A stretch of DNA of 63,032 nucleotides, filler included, from Stramenopiles sp. TOSAG23-6 (taxonomy: Eukaryota): the NCBI GenBank assembly GCA_900128565.1. It is 12 parts of 12 records of this genome, joined end to end, with 100 filler letters (N's around TTAATTAATTAA, not from the genome) between each part and the next. Parts side by side here need not be neighbours in the genome. Positions count along the whole stretch, not along the records: positions 59,564 to 60,653 come from LT639753.1; positions 60,754 to 61,843 come from LT639754.1; positions 61,944 to 63,032 come from LT639756.1; 9 more parts are not named here. One strand, given 5' to 3'. The notes beneath the pieces were generated by a model. That model did not search any database. It saw only the letters and a list, made by a program, of their open reading frames with translations, and had not been told where the DNA came from. Positions within the stretch are counted from its first letter, which is position 1; each line of letters starts with the position of its first letter. Positions 59,464 to 63,032 of this stretch are shown here, piece by piece. Position numbers and translations under genes: made by a program.

Positions 59464-59611
59464 NNNNNNNNNNNNNNNNNNNNNNNNNNNNNNNNNNNNN
59501 NNNNNNNTTAATTAATTAANNNNNNNNNNNNNNNNNNNNNNNNNNNNNNNNNNNNNNNNNNNNACCTAACGAGTTTTTTACAAAAAAAAAACATATTTTT
59601 TCACAATACAT

Positions 59612-59912
59612 GCACAAAGGTGATGGTTGGAATATGACAACTATTTTAAAACGTATTCTCACTTATATAGTAGCAGGTATTGCTACAACTATAGGAGCTT
59701 GGTTTCTTTTCGTAGCATTTTTTCGTACTTATGTTTTACATCCTCTGGGTTTTTCAAACGGTACTATACAAAAGGCAAACGAAATCCATCAATCTTCTCC
59801 AACATTTGATAATTCAGAGTCTAGTGAAGAAAATTGTGAACCTTGGAATAGTACAAAATCATCAAATTCCAAAGGAAAACATTGGAAAAATAAACATTGG
59901 AAAAACAATTAG
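59612..59912 (+). CDS. Last exon of a membrane protein
   Basis: Single TM after a family-intron acceptor at 59611. Confidence 0.45.
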
Positions 59913-59931
59913 AGAAATGAATACAAATAAT

Positions 59932-60653
<722 letters not shown>

Positions 60654-60753
60654 NNNNNNNNNNNNNNNNNNNNNNNNNNNNNNNNNNNNNNNNNNNNTTA
60701 ATTAATTAANNNNNNNNNNNNNNNNNNNNNNNNNNNNNNNNNNNNNNNNNNNN

Positions 60754-61843
60754 CGATATCTGTTGTGGACTTTATTACTTGGTTTAGTCATTTTAGTCCA
60801 CATTATTGTCGTTCTGGGATTCGCCCTTTCCCATAAAGAAACTGTTGGTGATATTACGCATGTCACTGTCAGTGGTCTTATATCAATATCTGTAGTTTTT
60901 TTCATGCGAATATTCAATCTCATTCTATTTCGTTTTCGTAGTAAAAATGAAACAGAACAATGGACGGAACTACATGAAACACTTGCATGGAGAGGATTTC
61001 AAACAGGTGATTTACTCCTCGCAGGATCTGCAGTGGATATTATATCTTTCTGTAGTCAATATCATGTACGTTTTATTTTTTTTTCAATTTCGATTTTTTT
61101 TCGTACGAAAGTTTGTACCTAACGAATTTTTTTTTAAGACTTAGAAGACGTCATAGAAAGTGGTTCCTTCTACATACGAATATGGATACAGTAAATGTTT
61201 TAGTAAAGGCAGTCATTCAGAGTATTTCAGATGAAGAATTAAATAAAATTGAAGAGGAAAGTTCCAATCATTGGGAGACAGATGCTTTAGCTTTACTAAA
61301 GCCATTTATAAAGTATAATAACAAAGGAGTAGAAGTTGGAGAACCAATCGAAATATTATCTGCTATAAAAGCACATGCAATGAAGTATCCAATGCATGTT
61401 CCTGCATCGGAAACCGGTTGCTATGTACTAGAAGCTATAGCAAATGGTACAAGAATTTTGACACTGAGACACTTTATGCATATTTGGTNNNNNNNNNNNN
61501 NNNNNNNNNNNNNNNNNNNNNNNNNNNNNNNNNNNNNNNNNNNNNNNNNNNNNNNNNNNNNNNNNGGATGCCATACCCAAGCCTTTGTGCTGTGGTTGTT
61601 GCAGGTTTCAGAATTTCGAGAAGAAATAAGAAACTTATCCGAGGTTCTTATCTTTGTTCAGCTGTTGTTGGCGCAATTTTTCAAAGATTAGGTATTTTAA
61701 GCGATGAAGTTTCTCCAGATAATTTTATGCCTGCTGATTTTGCTGATGAAAGTTCGCACCTGAGTGTCAATACATACCTACTTCGTTCTTGGCTATTTGG
61801 AAGGATTGTCTATATCGGCAAAAGTGGAGATGATACAAAGGAG
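60754..61843 (+). CDS. Multi-pass membrane protein fragment; intron ~61066-61154
   Basis: TM-rich ORFs join in frame across a family intron. Confidence 0.5.
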
Positions 61844-61943
61844 NNNNNNNNNNNNNNNNNNNNNNNNNNNNNNNNNNNNNNNNNNNNTTAATTAATTAAN
61901 NNNNNNNNNNNNNNNNNNNNNNNNNNNNNNNNNNNNNNNNNNN

Positions 61944-62989
61944 GATGTTTTTGATTCACTTGTAGTTAGGATCATCGATGACTTTTTTGTTTGTAATACT
62001 CTCTTACGACCAAGTTCAGCAGCTAACATTGCACCAGCACATTTGGTACTTTCACATGTCGACTGTACACTTTGCATTGCAATTTCATAAATTAAAGTCG
62101 AAGTTTTACCACCTAATATAGACGCAACTTCTGCTATAGCACTAATAGAATCTAAAAACTTTACAAATAAAGTCCTGTTATTTGATATATTTGACGAGTT
62201 ATTTAAACCTTGTTCAAAGCTTGATTTAAGCACCTGTGTTGATAAATCAAACATTGATTGCATTAGAGGAGAACATATTGTATGCATTGTTTCAAATAAT
62301 AATAATGACTTTGTCGACAAATCTGTAGTCATTGTCATTTCACAATTATTATTATGTTTTTTTTTCTTTTGTTTTTTTGGCTTTGTTTCATTGATTGTAC
62401 CATAAGAATCGTATTCGTGTTTCGCCCAATGACAAAAATTAGACAAAGCAAGATTCCACGTGTTTTGGAAAAATATTTCAAATTTTTTTTTGTTAGGTAC
62501 AAAATTCCGTACGAAANNNNTAAATTCGAAATTGAAAAAAAAATAAAACGTACACGTTTGTTTTGAGAGTTTTGCAACTTGGTCATTGCTATCATACAAA
62601 ATTCTCATAAATAATGTAGTTAAAATGGGATTTAATAAATTATATGCCAACCAACTTTTAGAATTGACAACATCTGATAAAAGGACATGTAGAGTTGTTA
62701 CAGCAGATAGCCGAACTTGATATAAAGGTTCATTTTCAGAGAGTAAAGCCCATAATGAAGGAACTCTTGAAACTAAACTAAAACTGTATTTATGTAGATT
62801 CTTTCTTTTTCGCTTCTTTGAATTATTTGAATTATTTGAATTTGTATTGCATTGTACTCCAAACGAATTCTGAATATCTTCACAATTTCTCATTATTCCA
62901 ATATTGACACATTTCAAAGTATGAATTTTTGCAATTAGACATGATAAAGATGCTTTTGCAGGTGAAAGTGGATGGACTAGAGGTAAAGC
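61944..62989 (-). CDS. Mot1/BTAF1-like HEAT-region fragment; intron 62458-62553
   Basis: LVSRVPSLWALL...VRLSAVTTL resembles the Mot1 LVPRLWPFL...VRxAxLxTL segment. Confidence 0.55.
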
Positions 62990-63032
62990 ATATAGTATGA
63001 AAAAATATTTCAAAAAAAATTCTAAAAAATTT

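Overview
AT-rich eukaryotic nuclear DNA, probably from a protist metagenome or single-cell assembly (stramenopile affinity is only a weak inference). It is 12 unlinked contigs, seven of ~8 kb and five of ~1.1 kb, joined by artificial N-TTAATTAATTAA-N spacers. About 35 compact protein genes are present, including MAP3K, MAP2K-like and TKL kinases, an SF1 helicase, EBP2, a PKD2-like channel, a CNBD cation channel, a RhoGEF, an MFS transporter, MTRR, a GT8, NVL/Rix7 and Mot1. The main signal is a family of ~45-50 related ~90-140 nt inserts that interrupt these genes, always in the host's sense orientation. Their consensus is GTAYGTTTT...TTCGTACGAAATTTTGTACCTAAC...AAATATTTTTCCAAAATACAT. Removing them restores conserved protein motifs exactly, but most end in AT instead of AG (29 of 36 complete copies by manual count), and the upstream exon usually also ends in AT. 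This looks like an introner family producing GT-AT introns, which implies a spliceosome with a relaxed or altered acceptor rule. Secondary signals are TTAGGG tracts inside exons, back-to-back introns, a TAATG stop/start gene overlap and domains inserted inside enzyme folds. All calls are from manual reading; no searches were run.
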